Shown one piece after another: positions 1 through 10,626 of a stretch of 58,187 nt of DNA. The translations under genes and the position numbers were made by a program. The DNA is from Calditrichia bacterium (lineage in GTDB: Bacteria; Calditrichota; Calditrichia; JAJRVZ01): positions 1 to 58,187 of the forward strand of contig JAGLYF010000239.1 in NCBI GenBank assembly GCA_023132435.1. The letters run 5' to 3'. Numbering within the stretch: position 1 is the stretch's first letter; every line of letters starts with the position of its first letter. The notes below the pieces were generated by a model. That model saw only the letters and a list, made by a program, of their open reading frames with translations. It had not been told where the DNA came from and made no database searches.

Positions 1-124
1 ACTGGCGTAGGCCGGGGGATGAGTTTTTTAGGCCAGTTCAACAAACTACCTGCCCTAATGTTAACATTTGAGAAAGAGGGGTGATGGCGTTTAAATTAGT
101 CTTTCTCCACGACCTCACCCCCAT

Positions 125-151
125 TCCCCCTCTCCTGGTAGGAGAGGGGGA
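125..151. repeat. REP-like palindrome (TCCCCCTCTCCT-GGT-AGGAGAGGGGGA)
   Basis: Perfect 12-bp stem with a 3-nt loop; related degenerate hairpin at 187-218. Confidence 0.65.
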
Positions 152-253
152 TTAGTTTGCTTGCGACTGAAATCTCGTAAAATTTTCCTCTTACCCTCTT
201 TGTAAAAGGGGTGAGAGGAGGCTCGTTAATGGATTAGAATATTAATAAACCGC

Positions 254-282
254 TTGCTTTCAAGATGTGCAAAATTTAAATT
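254..282 (+). promoter_or_regulatory. Putative sigma70-type promoter of parAB
   Basis: TTGCTT-17 nt-TAAATT upstream of ATG 326. Confidence 0.45.
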
Positions 283-325
283 AGTTGTCTTTTATTTTAA
301 CAAAAATAGATCGGATTTAGAGAAT

Positions 326-1090
326 ATGGGCAGAATTATTGCCATTGCAAATCAAAAGGGTGGGGTGGGAAAGACCACCACAGCGATCAATTTATCCAGT
401 TGTCTTGCTATTGCCGAAAAAAAAGTATTGTTGATCGACATAGATCCTCAGGCCAATGCAACCAGTGGTTTGGGATTGGAACTGAAAGAGAGCGATCCGA
501 GTATCTATGAATTACTTCTCGATAACCAAAAGTCCGGTGAAGTCATTTCAGAAACACATGTTCCTTTTTTGGATATGATTCCCTCACACATTCGTTTGGT
601 CGGTTCAGAAGTTGAACTTATCAACGCAGATAACAGAGAAAATAAGCTAAAGACAAAATTGGGAAATATACGAGATTACTATGAATATATATTTATTGAT
701 TGCCCACCGTCTTTAGGTCTTTTAACAATAAATGCCTTAACAGCTGCTGACACGGTCCTGATACCCATTCAATGTGAATACTATGCTCTGGAGGGATTAA
801 GTCAATTGCTAAATACGATTCATCTCGTACAAAAAAATCTGAACAAGAATCTGGCAATTGAGGGTGTTTTACTTACTATGTTCGATAATCGATTAAATCT
901 GTCTCAACAGGTTGCCGAAGAGGTTCGGGAGTACTTCAAAGACAGGGTTTATGAAACAATTATAAACAGAAATGTTCGCCTGGGCGAAGCGCCCAGTTTT
1001 GGGAAGCCCATTGTTATGTATGATGCTGTCTGTGTCGGGAGTCAAAATTACATAAGTCTCGCGGAGGAAATAATAAAAAATGAGAACTAA
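326..1090 (+). CDS. parA: Chromosome partitioning ATPase ParA/Soj
   Basis: Deviant Walker A ANQKGGVGKTT, DIDPQAN, IDCPPSLG; start placed at ATG 326 (MGRIIAIANQKGG). Confidence 0.97.
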   Translation: MGRIIAIANQKGGVGKTTTAINLSSCLAIAEKKVLLIDIDPQANATSGLGLELKESDPSIYELLLDNQKSGEVISETHVPFLDMIPSHIRLVGSEVELINADNRENKLKTKLGNIRDYYEYIFIDCPPSLGLLTINALTAADTVLIPIQCEYYALEGLSQLLNTIHLVQKNLNKNLAIEGVLLTMFDNRLNLSQQVAEEVREYFKDRVYETIINRNVRLGEAPSFGKPIVMYDAVCVGSQNYISLAEEIIKNEN

Positions 1091-1949
1091 ACGGTTAGGT
1101 AAAGGCCTCAGTGCTCTGATACCTGATCAGGTTGAGAGTTCGGGAGCGGTCGAGACATCGGATAATCAACTAGTCGAAGTAAAGGTGGCTGAAGTTAAAC
1201 CTAATCCTTACCAACCACGTGTAAATTTTGATGAACAGGCGCTGGCAGAGCTGAAGGATTCAATTCGGGAAAAAGGATTGATACAACCGATAACGGTTAG
1301 ACGAATTAATTCTCATTTTGAATTAATTGCCGGAGAAAGACGCCTGAGAGCAGCGATTGAACTTGGCCTGGATAAAATCCCCGCATACGTAATGCATGTT
1401 GAGACAAAGGAAGAGATGCTGGAACTGGCAATTGTTGAAAATGTTCAGCGTGAGCGACTAAATCCGATCGAACAGGCTAATGCATATCAACGACTGTTAA
1501 AGGAATGTAATTTGACTCAGGATGAGATCGCAAAAAAGATAGGTAAAGATCGCTCTACAATAACCAACATGTTAAGATTGCTCCGCTTACCCAGACTTAT
1601 TCAGAAGAGTGTTGAAGAAGGAGAAATATCCGTCGGTCACGCGCGTACCTTATTGGCATTAGAAGTGACGGAACAACAGATTCAGATTTGGAAAAAGGTA
1701 GTAAAAAATGATATTTCCGTGCGGAAACTTGAAAAATTGGTGAAGGAACTCTCTGAGGTCAAACCCAAGCAATCAATAAAAACCAAGAAAAAATCAGTAC
1801 ACATTCTCAAGATTGAAGATAAACTCAGAGATGTATTTGGTACAAAGGTTTCTGTAAGAACGAGAAATGAAGGTGGATCGATAGAAATTGAATTTTATTC
1901 TCCTGAAGATCTAAATCGGATTTTGGAAATTTTTGAGAAAATCGATTGA
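1080..1949 (+). CDS. parB: Chromosome partitioning protein ParB/Spo0J
   Basis: LGKGLSALI N-terminus, PNPYQPR, GERRLRA CTPase motif, HTH; overlaps parA. Confidence 0.97.
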   Translation: MRTKRLGKGLSALIPDQVESSGAVETSDNQLVEVKVAEVKPNPYQPRVNFDEQALAELKDSIREKGLIQPITVRRINSHFELIAGERRLRAAIELGLDKIPAYVMHVETKEEMLELAIVENVQRERLNPIEQANAYQRLLKECNLTQDEIAKKIGKDRSTITNMLRLLRLPRLIQKSVEEGEISVGHARTLLALEVTEQQIQIWKKVVKNDISVRKLEKLVKELSEVKPKQSIKTKKKSVHILKIEDKLRDVFGTKVSVRTRNEGGSIEIEFYSPEDLNRILEIFEKID

Positions 1950-1968
1950 TGAAATAAAGGAGAAATGT

Positions 1969-1997
1969 TTGCATTTATTTTTATGCAGACCTAAATT
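1969..1997 (+). promoter_or_regulatory. Putative sigma70-type promoter
   Basis: TTGCAT-17 nt-TAAATT upstream of the M23 gene. Confidence 0.45.
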
Positions 1998-2031
1998 TAA
2001 ACCTATTATTTTATAAGAGTTAAGAGTTGTT

Positions 2032-2829
2032 TTGAAGCTTAAAAAACGAAAAACTAAATTTTATACATTTTTACTGATCCCCGATAATGAGAAGGCAACA
2101 AGAAGTTTAAAACTGAGAACTTCAGTTCTTCGTTATCTAATGGTATTTTTTGTATTCACCTTCCTTCTTATTATAGCCGGTGCTGCTTCCTATTGGGAAG
2201 TTGCCGAAGTTGCACTGGATTATAATCGCCTGAATGAAGAAAATCTCCAATTAAAAAAAAATTTAGCAAAAGTTGAAGAATTACAGGCCGATATAGATAA
2301 ATTGAAGATGGTGGATCAAAAATTACGATCCTCACTTTCCGGTTATGTGACGATAATTGAGCAGGAAGAAGGTGATCCGGAAAACATTTTGACCACAGGG
2401 ATGGATAAAATGAGCGGTGTAAAATATGACCGTTCAATTTTTAGCTCTATTCCCGCTGAACTACCGGTTAAGGGTTTTGTTACGAGGGGTTATGAGACCA
2501 ACTCAATCCTCAGTAGGGGTCACATAGGTGTAGATATAGCAGGGGAGATGGGATCACCGGTAAAAGCAACCGCAGATGGGATTGTAATCTTCTCGGGCTG
2601 GACTTTTCAGGATGGGTATGTGGTTATATTAAAACATAAGTATAATTTTTTCTCGTTCTATAAACATAATATGCAAAATTTATGTCAGGAACTGGAATAT
2701 GTAAAAAAAGGTCAGGTTATTGCACTGCTAGGTGATAGCGGGCAAATTATATCGGGAGCCCATTTGCATTTTGAGATATGGCAGGGCTCAAAACCTGTAG
2801 ATCCTATGATGTTTGTGCAAATGAATTGA
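2032..2829 (+). CDS. M23 family metallopeptidase (TM, coiled coil, LytM domain)
   Basis: HIGVD (HxxxD) and AHLHFEI (HxH) motifs; N-terminal TM helix. Confidence 0.93.
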   Translation: MKLKKRKTKFYTFLLIPDNEKATRSLKLRTSVLRYLMVFFVFTFLLIIAGAASYWEVAEVALDYNRLNEENLQLKKNLAKVEELQADIDKLKMVDQKLRSSLSGYVTIIEQEEGDPENILTTGMDKMSGVKYDRSIFSSIPAELPVKGFVTRGYETNSILSRGHIGVDIAGEMGSPVKATADGIVIFSGWTFQDGYVVILKHKYNFFSFYKHNMQNLCQELEYVKKGQVIALLGDSGQIISGAHLHFEIWQGSKPVDPMMFVQMN

Positions 2830-2856
2830 TGAAAAACAGAGGAAAGGGAAAATAAA

Positions 2857-3261
2857 TTGGCTCTAAAAGAAAATGGTGCTGAATCATCCTCCACTGAATT
2901 AAATTTTTTAGGCGGTGGGACTGTCGTAGAAGGTACAGTCCGGTCTAATAACAGTGTTCGTGTTGATGGCAAGATAAAAGGAAAACTGATCTGTAAAAAT
3001 ACGTTGACTATTGGCGTAAATGGCGAAATTGAGGGTGATATCGAAGCGAAAAATGCTATCATCGGCGGTAAAATTAAAGGTAAAATTAAAGTTGCCGAAA
3101 AACTGGTTCTTGAAGCAAAATCAATCCTAATCGGTGATTTAAAAGCAAGCAAACTACTGATCGATGAAGGAGCGGTTTTCGAAGGTACTTCCGATATGGG
3201 AAAAAAAGAGCAGACTGAGGTGGAAGCTAAGCCGATAAGTAACCTGAATAGACCTACCTGA
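2857..3261 (+). CDS. Bactofilin (polymer-forming cytoskeletal protein)
   Basis: Beta-helix repeats VRVDGKIKG, IGVNGEIEGDIEA, LLIDEGAVFEG. Confidence 0.93.
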   Translation: MALKENGAESSSTELNFLGGGTVVEGTVRSNNSVRVDGKIKGKLICKNTLTIGVNGEIEGDIEAKNAIIGGKIKGKIKVAEKLVLEAKSILIGDLKASKLLIDEGAVFEGTSDMGKKEQTEVEAKPISNLNRPT

Positions 3262-3274
3262 TAGCCCTAATCAG

Positions 3275-3520
3275 ATGAAATCGGTAAAATCAGACGGTTC
3301 ATCACAACTCAGGGGCACTGCGAGTTCATTCCAAAAAGCGGCTCCATATATTAATATATCTTATGTATTAATTGCTTCGATGGCGATGCTTGGTGTACTG
3401 GGATGGTGGCTGGATGATCAATTTTTAACAAAACCTCTCCTGACCGTTCTCGGTATTTTGGGGGGATTATTCCTCGGTCTCTACAATTTGTATAAAGTTG
3501 TCAAGAAATTGGAAAAATAG
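3275..3520 (+). CDS. AtpZ/AtpI family membrane protein
   Basis: Two TMs with GWWLD...T.P motif, first gene of atp operon. Confidence 0.85.
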   Translation: MKSVKSDGSSQLRGTASSFQKAAPYINISYVLIASMAMLGVLGWWLDDQFLTKPLLTVLGILGGLFLGLYNLYKVVKKLEK

Positions 3521-3522
3521 AG

Positions 3523-3903
3523 TTGATGAGGTCGTTCTTTTTTCGGATCATTTTATCTTTAATAATTGGTTTTTTTTTAATAATAATAATTTCTAAATTT
3601 ATAGATCTTTCCGGCGATTTGTGGAGTGCCGTTATCTCTGGTATACTTTGTGCATTGTTTTATGTGGTAAGTGGATTTATCTCATACTATTATGCTTCTA
3701 AATTAAAACAACAATCATTTACCAGGATTTTTTTATTCAGCATAGCCGGGAGATTTTTACTTGTAATCAGTATAATTACGCTGGTAATTAAATTTTCGAT
3801 CATAAATACTGAAGTTTTTATTGTTTCATTTTTTATTTGGTATTTTGTCTTCCAGATTTTGGAAATTATTAGTTTGAATCAGATATTAATAAGGAAAATA
3901 TGA
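3523..3903 (+). CDS. ATP synthase protein I-like four-TM protein
   Basis: Four hydrophobic helices immediately upstream of atpB. Confidence 0.7.
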   Translation: MMRSFFFRIILSLIIGFFLIIIISKFIDLSGDLWSAVISGILCALFYVVSGFISYYYASKLKQQSFTRIFLFSIAGRFLLVISIITLVIKFSIINTEVFIVSFFIWYFVFQILEIISLNQILIRKI

Positions 3904-3907
3904 TTTT

Positions 3908-4759
3908 ATGGCAATATTAGCTGCTCTCTCTACTTATAATTCCGGAACCCAGGAAGGACAGGAAGAAAATGTTGGAGAATTTATTGTCCATCATGTAACT
4001 AATTCAAATGAATGGAATGTGTTTGGTTATCATCTACAATTACCACAATTTGAACCGATCACTGTCCTGGGAATGCAGATCGATCTTTCAATCACAAATC
4101 ATGTGGTAATGATTTGGATTGCAGCCTTATTTCTAATCCTTGCCTTTGGTATTTCCTTCAGAAAGAGATCACTTGTGCCAAAGGGTTTCGCGGCGATTCT
4201 TGAGATGCTGATCCTCTTTATAAGAGATGAAATTGCCATCCCAAATCTGGGTGAGGAAGATGGCAGAAAATTTACACCATTGATTTGTACTTTCTTTTTC
4301 TTCGTCCTCACCTGTAATTTAATGGGATTAATCCCTTTGTTTACCACTCCAACAGGTAATATAAATATCACGGCAGCCATGGCTCTTATTACTCTCGGTA
4401 CGGGTCAGGTGTTTGGTATTATAAGGCACGGTTTTTTTGGACACTTTAAAGCCCTGGTCCCCTCAGGCGTACCGCTGGCATTGATACCATTAATGTTCGT
4501 AATTGAATTAATGGGTTTGATGGCCAAGCATTTTGCTCTTCTCATGCGTTTATTTGCTAATATGGTAGCCGGTCATATCGTAATCTTCGCTTTTCTGGCG
4601 GTGATTATAATATTTAAGTCTTTTCTGGCCGCTCCTTTTTCTATTGGTTTCGCCATTTTTGTAAATTTTCTGGAGATTCTTATTGGATTTATCCAGGCCT
4701 ATGTATTCACGATGTTGTCAACTTTGTTTATTGGGATGTCCCTGCATCCCGAACATTAA
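3908..4759 (+). CDS. atpB: F0 ATP synthase subunit a
   Basis: MRLFANMVAGH, IQAYVFTMLS. Confidence 0.97.
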   Translation: MAILAALSTYNSGTQEGQEENVGEFIVHHVTNSNEWNVFGYHLQLPQFEPITVLGMQIDLSITNHVVMIWIAALFLILAFGISFRKRSLVPKGFAAILEMLILFIRDEIAIPNLGEEDGRKFTPLICTFFFFVLTCNLMGLIPLFTTPTGNINITAAMALITLGTGQVFGIIRHGFFGHFKALVPSGVPLALIPLMFVIELMGLMAKHFALLMRLFANMVAGHIVIFAFLAVIIIFKSFLAAPFSIGFAIFVNFLEILIGFIQAYVFTMLSTLFIGMSLHPEH

Positions 4760-4769
4760 ATAATGTAGT

Positions 4770-4802
4770 AGTTGTAGTCCATCTTCAAGATGGACTACAA
4801 CT
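4770..4802. repeat. Intergenic inverted repeat (REP-like or mRNA-stabilising hairpin) between atpB and atpE
   Basis: AGTTGTAGTCCATCTT-C-AAGATGGACTACAACT, perfect 16-bp arms. Confidence 0.75.
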
Positions 4803-4876
4803 CAGATTATTAATATAGATAAGATTGTACAAATTTTATTAACCAGAGTACTAAAATAATTTGGAGGATTAATTCG

Positions 4877-5110
4877 ATGGGTGATTTAGCAACTGCTTTT
4901 GCATATTTAGCAGCTGGAATCGGAGCAGGTCTTGTAACTATTGGTGCTGGTCTCGGAATCGGAAAAATAGCTTCTGCAGCGATGGACGGAACAGCACGTC
5001 AACCCGAAGCAACAAATGAGATTCGTACAACAATGATTATTGCAGCCGCCTTGATCGAGGGTGTTGCCCTGATCGGTGCCGTAGCGTGTTTGCTTCTTAG
5101 TTTTAAATAA
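4877..5110 (+). CDS. atpE: F0 ATP synthase subunit c
   Basis: GxGxGxG, RQPE loop, catalytic Glu in LIEG. Confidence 0.97.
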   Translation: MGDLATAFAYLAAGIGAGLVTIGAGLGIGKIASAAMDGTARQPEATNEIRTTMIIAAALIEGVALIGAVACLLLSFK

Positions 5111-5133
5111 TCACTATTATAGGGAATGGTCCT

Positions 5134-5628
5134 ATGTTAGATTTAGATCCTGGATTAATGATCTGGGCATGGGTAACATTCTTCGTTTTGCTCTTTATTC
5201 TCTATAAAATAGCCTGGAAACCGATTCTTTCTGTGATCGACAAGAGGGAAAAAACCATACAGGATTCAATCGATCGTGCCGAGAAAGCAAAAGAAGAAGC
5301 AGAATCTCTTCTGGAAAAACACGACCAACTGATGCAGACGGCCGAGGAAGAATCACAAAAAATGCTTAAAGAGAATCGGGAACTGGCGGAAAAATCACGA
5401 CAGGAAATATTAGAGCAGGCGAAGCAGAATGCTGATAAAACAGTTGATAAGGCAAAATCTGAAATCGAAAAAGAGAAAGAGGATGCCTTATATTCTTTGC
5501 GAAGTGAGGTAGCAGATCTGGCCATTGCCGCAACAAAGAAAATTATCGGTGAATCGCTCGATGAATCAAAGCAAAAATCGATCATCGACGAGTTTATCCA
5601 AAAAATGCCCAAATCGACCCAACATTAG
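5134..5628 (+). CDS. atpF: F0 ATP synthase subunit b
   Basis: N-terminal TM, AWKPI...RE..I, long coiled coil. Confidence 0.96.
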   Translation: MLDLDPGLMIWAWVTFFVLLFILYKIAWKPILSVIDKREKTIQDSIDRAEKAKEEAESLLEKHDQLMQTAEEESQKMLKENRELAEKSRQEILEQAKQNADKTVDKAKSEIEKEKEDALYSLRSEVADLAIAATKKIIGESLDESKQKSIIDEFIQKMPKSTQH

Positions 5629-5641
5629 CCGGAGGAATAGC

Positions 5642-6175
5642 TTGAGTCGTGTCGCAATACGATATAGCAAAGCACTTTTTGAGCTGGCTCTTGAACAAGA
5701 ATTGATTGAAGATGTTCGGTCAGACCTGGAGATGATTCAAGATGTCTGTACTGAAAATCCGGAATTTCAACAGACTCTTAACAATCCACTGATTGAAGAG
5801 AAAGTAAAATCAAAAGTCTTAAAAGAGCTCTTCGAAACAAAAGTAACTCCACTGACTTTCAAGTTTCTACAGCTGTTGAGCAGAAAAAGAAGAAGTGGAT
5901 TCCTTTTAGAGATGATCGATAATTATTTACAGAGAGTTTTAGATCATCAGGGTATATTATCTTGTCTGTTGATTTCTTCCGGGCCGGTAGAAACAGATCA
6001 GATTGAGGCGATCAAAAGCAGGATCGAGGCGATGACGGATAAAAGTGTGATTTTTTCACATCAAATTGATAACTCGATGATAGGTGGATTCATTGTTAAG
6101 ATCAAGGATACCGTGATCGATCTATCGATAAAAACGCAGCTTGAAAAGATGCGTAGACAACTCCTGCATCGGTAA
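5642..6175 (+). CDS. atpH: F1 ATP synthase subunit delta
   Basis: VAIRYSKALF, IGGFIV...IDLSI; start set at TTG 5642 after GGAGG. Confidence 0.94.
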   Translation: MSRVAIRYSKALFELALEQELIEDVRSDLEMIQDVCTENPEFQQTLNNPLIEEKVKSKVLKELFETKVTPLTFKFLQLLSRKRRSGFLLEMIDNYLQRVLDHQGILSCLLISSGPVETDQIEAIKSRIEAMTDKSVIFSHQIDNSMIGGFIVKIKDTVIDLSIKTQLEKMRRQLLHR

Positions 6176-6215
6176 GACTTTTTAATTTTCAATATTATAG
6201 AAGAGGATAAAACAA

Positions 6216-7739
6216 ATGGGAAATGCAGTAAGACCGGATGAAGTATCTGCGATTCTTAAAAAGCAACTGGCCGGTTACGAACAAAAGGCAGATATCTACG
6301 ACTCAGGAACCGTCGTGCAGGTCGGGGATGGAATTGCTCGGGTATACGGTTTGGAAAAGGTCATGGCTGGAGAATTGGTTGAATTCCCAAATGATGTGAT
6401 GGGGATGGTCTTAAATCTTGAAGAAGATAATGTTGGTGTTATTCTCTTTGGTGAAGTAACCCTGATTAAGGAAGGGGACCTGGTAAAGAGGACTAACAGA
6501 ATTGTTGAAATTCCTACAGGTGATGAAATGCTGGGCCGTGTGGTCAGCCCATTGGGTGAACCACTCGATGGTAAAGGTAAAATTGATGCAAAGAAATATG
6601 TTCCGGTTGAACGCAAAGCCCTGGGAGTAATCCAGCGGCAGCCGGTTAAGGAACCGCTTGCTACCGGAATTAAAGCTATTGATTCTATGATCCCTATTGG
6701 TCGTGGACAGCGTGAATTAATCATTGGTGATCGCCAGACCGGTAAAACTGCGGTTGCTGTTGATACTATTATTAACCAAAAAGGAAAAGATGTAATCTGT
6801 ATTTATGTTGCCATAGGTCAAAAAGCTACAACCGTGGCAAGGGTGATCCAGACTCTGGAAGAGCATGATGCGATGGAGTTTTCTATTGTCGTTTCTGCAA
6901 ATGCCAGCGAACCTGCGCCACTTCAATATCTCGCACCATATGCGGGTGCGGCGATTGGAGAGTATTTCCGTGATAATGGAAGACATGCGTTAATTATTTA
7001 TGATGATCTTTCGAAACATGCCTGGTCATATCGACAGGTGAGTTTGCTTCTCAGACGACCGCCGGGACGTGAAGCGTATCCGGGTGATGTATTTTATTTA
7101 CATTCACGTCTCCTTGAAAGAGCAGCAAAATTGAGTGATGATTTAGGCGGTGGTTCTCTTACTGCTCTGCCGATTATCGAAACTCAGGCCGGTGACGTTG
7201 CTGCTTACATACCAACAAATGTCATTTCTATTACAGATGGTCAGATTTTTCTTGAGACAAATCTTTTTTATTCAGGTGTAAGGCCGGCCATTAATGCCGG
7301 TATATCGGTATCGCGCGTCGGAGGTAATGCACAGATTAAAGCAATGAAACAGGTGGCTGGACGGTTGCGCCTTGATCTGGCCCAATACAGAGAATTGGAA
7401 GCCTTTGCTAAATTTGGCTCGGATCTTGATAAAGCAACACAACAGCAGCTTCGTCGGGGGGAGCGGCTTGTGGAGATTCTAAAACAAGATCAGTATGTTC
7501 AGATCTCGTTTGAAAAACAGATAGTGATCATATTTGCCGCCACAAAGGGTTACCTTGATTCTGTCGAAGTTGAAAATATTAAACGATTTGAAAAAGAATA
7601 TGTGGAGTATCTGGAAGTTAAACATCCGGAATTATTACATAAACTGGCAGAACGAAAAGAGATTGACGAAGAAGTTGAAAAGGAAATAGTTGATGCATTA
7701 GAATCATTCTTAAAAGGATTTAAGCAAGAGGCAGATTGA
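6216..7739 (+). CDS. atpA: F1 ATP synthase subunit alpha
   Basis: [30 protein letters not shown]. Confidence 0.99.
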   Translation: MGNAVRPDEVSAILKKQLAGYEQKADIYDSGTVVQVGDGIARVYGLEKVMAGELVEFPNDVMGMVLNLEEDNVGVILFGEVTLIKEGDLVKRTNRIVEIPTGDEMLGRVVSPLGEPLDGKGKIDAKKYVPVERKALGVIQRQPVKEPLATGIKAIDSMIPIGRGQRELIIGDRQTGKTAVAVDTIINQKGKDVICIYVAIGQKATTVARVIQTLEEHDAMEFSIVVSANASEPAPLQYLAPYAGAAIGEYFRDNGRHALIIYDDLSKHAWSYRQVSLLLRRPPGREAYPGDVFYLHSRLLERAAKLSDDLGGGSLTALPIIETQAGDVAAYIPTNVISITDGQIFLETNLFYSGVRPAINAGISVSRVGGNAQIKAMKQVAGRLRLDLAQYRELEAFAKFGSDLDKATQQQLRRGERLVEILKQDQYVQISFEKQIVIIFAATKGYLDSVEVENIKRFEKEYVEYLEVKHPELLHKLAERKEIDEEVEKEIVDALESFLKGFKQEAD

Positions 7740-8605
7740 TGGCTACCCTGAGAGAAATACGTACACGCATTTCCAGTGTCAAGAGTACGCAGCAAATAAC
7801 CAAAGCAATGAAGATGGTAGCTTCGGCTAAACTGCGACGGGCTCAGGAGAATATTCTTGCAACAAGGCCGTATGCAAAAAAATTGCAATCGGTTGTAGGT
7901 CATTTAATCGCCAGGGTTGAAAATAGTGATCACATTCTGTTAAAGAATCGTCCGATCGAAAAAATTTTACTGGTGATTGTTACTGCAGACAGAGGTCTTT
8001 GTGGGGCCTTTAATGCCAACATTGTTCGTCAGGCGGTGACTCATATCGAATCATATACGGATAAAGAAGTTTCATTATTTGTTGTCGGGAAAAAAGGCTT
8101 TGAATTTTTCTCCAGGCGGAACTTTACGATTTTTAACAAAAAGATAAATTTTTTCAATCACCTGGCTTTTCATGATGTTTTAGAAATAGTATCCAGTTTG
8201 ATTGAATCATATTCTACAGGTCAATTTGACCAGATCGAAATATTGTATAATGAATTTAGATCAGCTGTCAGACAAGATGTTGTACTCGAACAATTTCTTC
8301 CGTTTGTGCCGGATGAAGAAATGAAGCAATCCGCTTCTAAGGTTGATTATCTTTATGAACCGGGAAAAGAGGAAATACTCCGTCTGATTATCCCAAAACA
8401 ATTGAATATTCAGATTTGGAAAGTTTTATTGGAGAGTAATGCGGCTGAGCAGGGGGCGCGGATGACAGCTATGGAGAGTGCGACTGATAATGCCGAGGAA
8501 ATGATTTCTCAATTGACGCTTCATTACAACAGAGCGCGACAATCTGCGATTACTAAAGAAATATCGGAGATTGTTGGTGGTGCCGAGGCTTTGAAAGAAA
8601 AATAA
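7739..8605 (+). CDS. atpG: F1 ATP synthase subunit gamma
   Basis: QITKAMKMV, DRGLCG, RQSAITKEISEIVGGA; TGATG coupling to atpA. Confidence 0.98.
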   Translation: MATLREIRTRISSVKSTQQITKAMKMVASAKLRRAQENILATRPYAKKLQSVVGHLIARVENSDHILLKNRPIEKILLVIVTADRGLCGAFNANIVRQAVTHIESYTDKEVSLFVVGKKGFEFFSRRNFTIFNKKINFFNHLAFHDVLEIVSSLIESYSTGQFDQIEILYNEFRSAVRQDVVLEQFLPFVPDEEMKQSASKVDYLYEPGKEEILRLIIPKQLNIQIWKVLLESNAAEQGARMTAMESATDNAEEMISQLTLHYNRARQSAITKEISEIVGGAEALKEK

Positions 8606-8616
8606 AATGAGGATAG

Positions 8617-10020
<1,404 letters not shown>

Positions 10021-10070
10021 ATAAAACCGTTTGAAGAACCTGTTTATCAAAATATTAATGGATGGTATAA

Positions 10071-10469
10071 ATGACCGAGTTAAATGTTGAAATTGTTACT
10101 CCGGATGGGATTGTTTTTACAGGTGAAGTGACATCTTGTACCGCTCCGGGTGCAAAGGGTCAGTTCCAGATGCTAACCGGCCATGCACCATTTTTAGCTA
10201 ATCTTCAAATTGGTGAAATCAAAGTAGAAAAGCACGATGGTTTAAAAATAATAGCGACCAGTGGTGGATTTCTTGAAGTTAAAGATAATAATATAAGTAT
10301 TATTGTAGAATCAGCGGAATTTGCCGATGATATTGATGTTGCTCGTGCAAAAGAAGCAGAGGAGAGGGCAAGAAAGAGATTGGAGGATAAAGGAGATATA
10401 GATCTCATTAGAGCTAATTTCGCACTATTAAGAGCATTAAACAGATTAAAAATCTCTTCCCAGATATAA
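10071..10469 (+). CDS. atpC: F1 ATP synthase subunit epsilon
   Basis: EIVTPD, GHAP, SGGFLEV, C-terminal helices. Confidence 0.96.
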   Translation: MTELNVEIVTPDGIVFTGEVTSCTAPGAKGQFQMLTGHAPFLANLQIGEIKVEKHDGLKIIATSGGFLEVKDNNISIIVESAEFADDIDVARAKEAEERARKRLEDKGDIDLIRANFALLRALNRLKISSQI

Positions 10470-10626
10470 ATCGTTTATTTTTTTAATTTTTTTATAAAAC
10501 TATACCGGTTTTATGCCGAAAACATATTATAATTTTTACTGTTTTTTCTTGATTAATTAATTGAAAAGTTTAAATTTAACGTAAATTAATTAAATAATAA
10601 GGTATTACTTAAGTTTTGGATGGGGT

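Noticed and set aside
4877-5110. Na+-translocating or N-type ATPase
   Set aside because: c subunit lacks the Na+ ligands, and the operon has the standard order including delta
5525-5641. N-terminal extension of AtpH
   Set aside because: Overlaps atpF; a better TTG start with GGAGG exists at 5642
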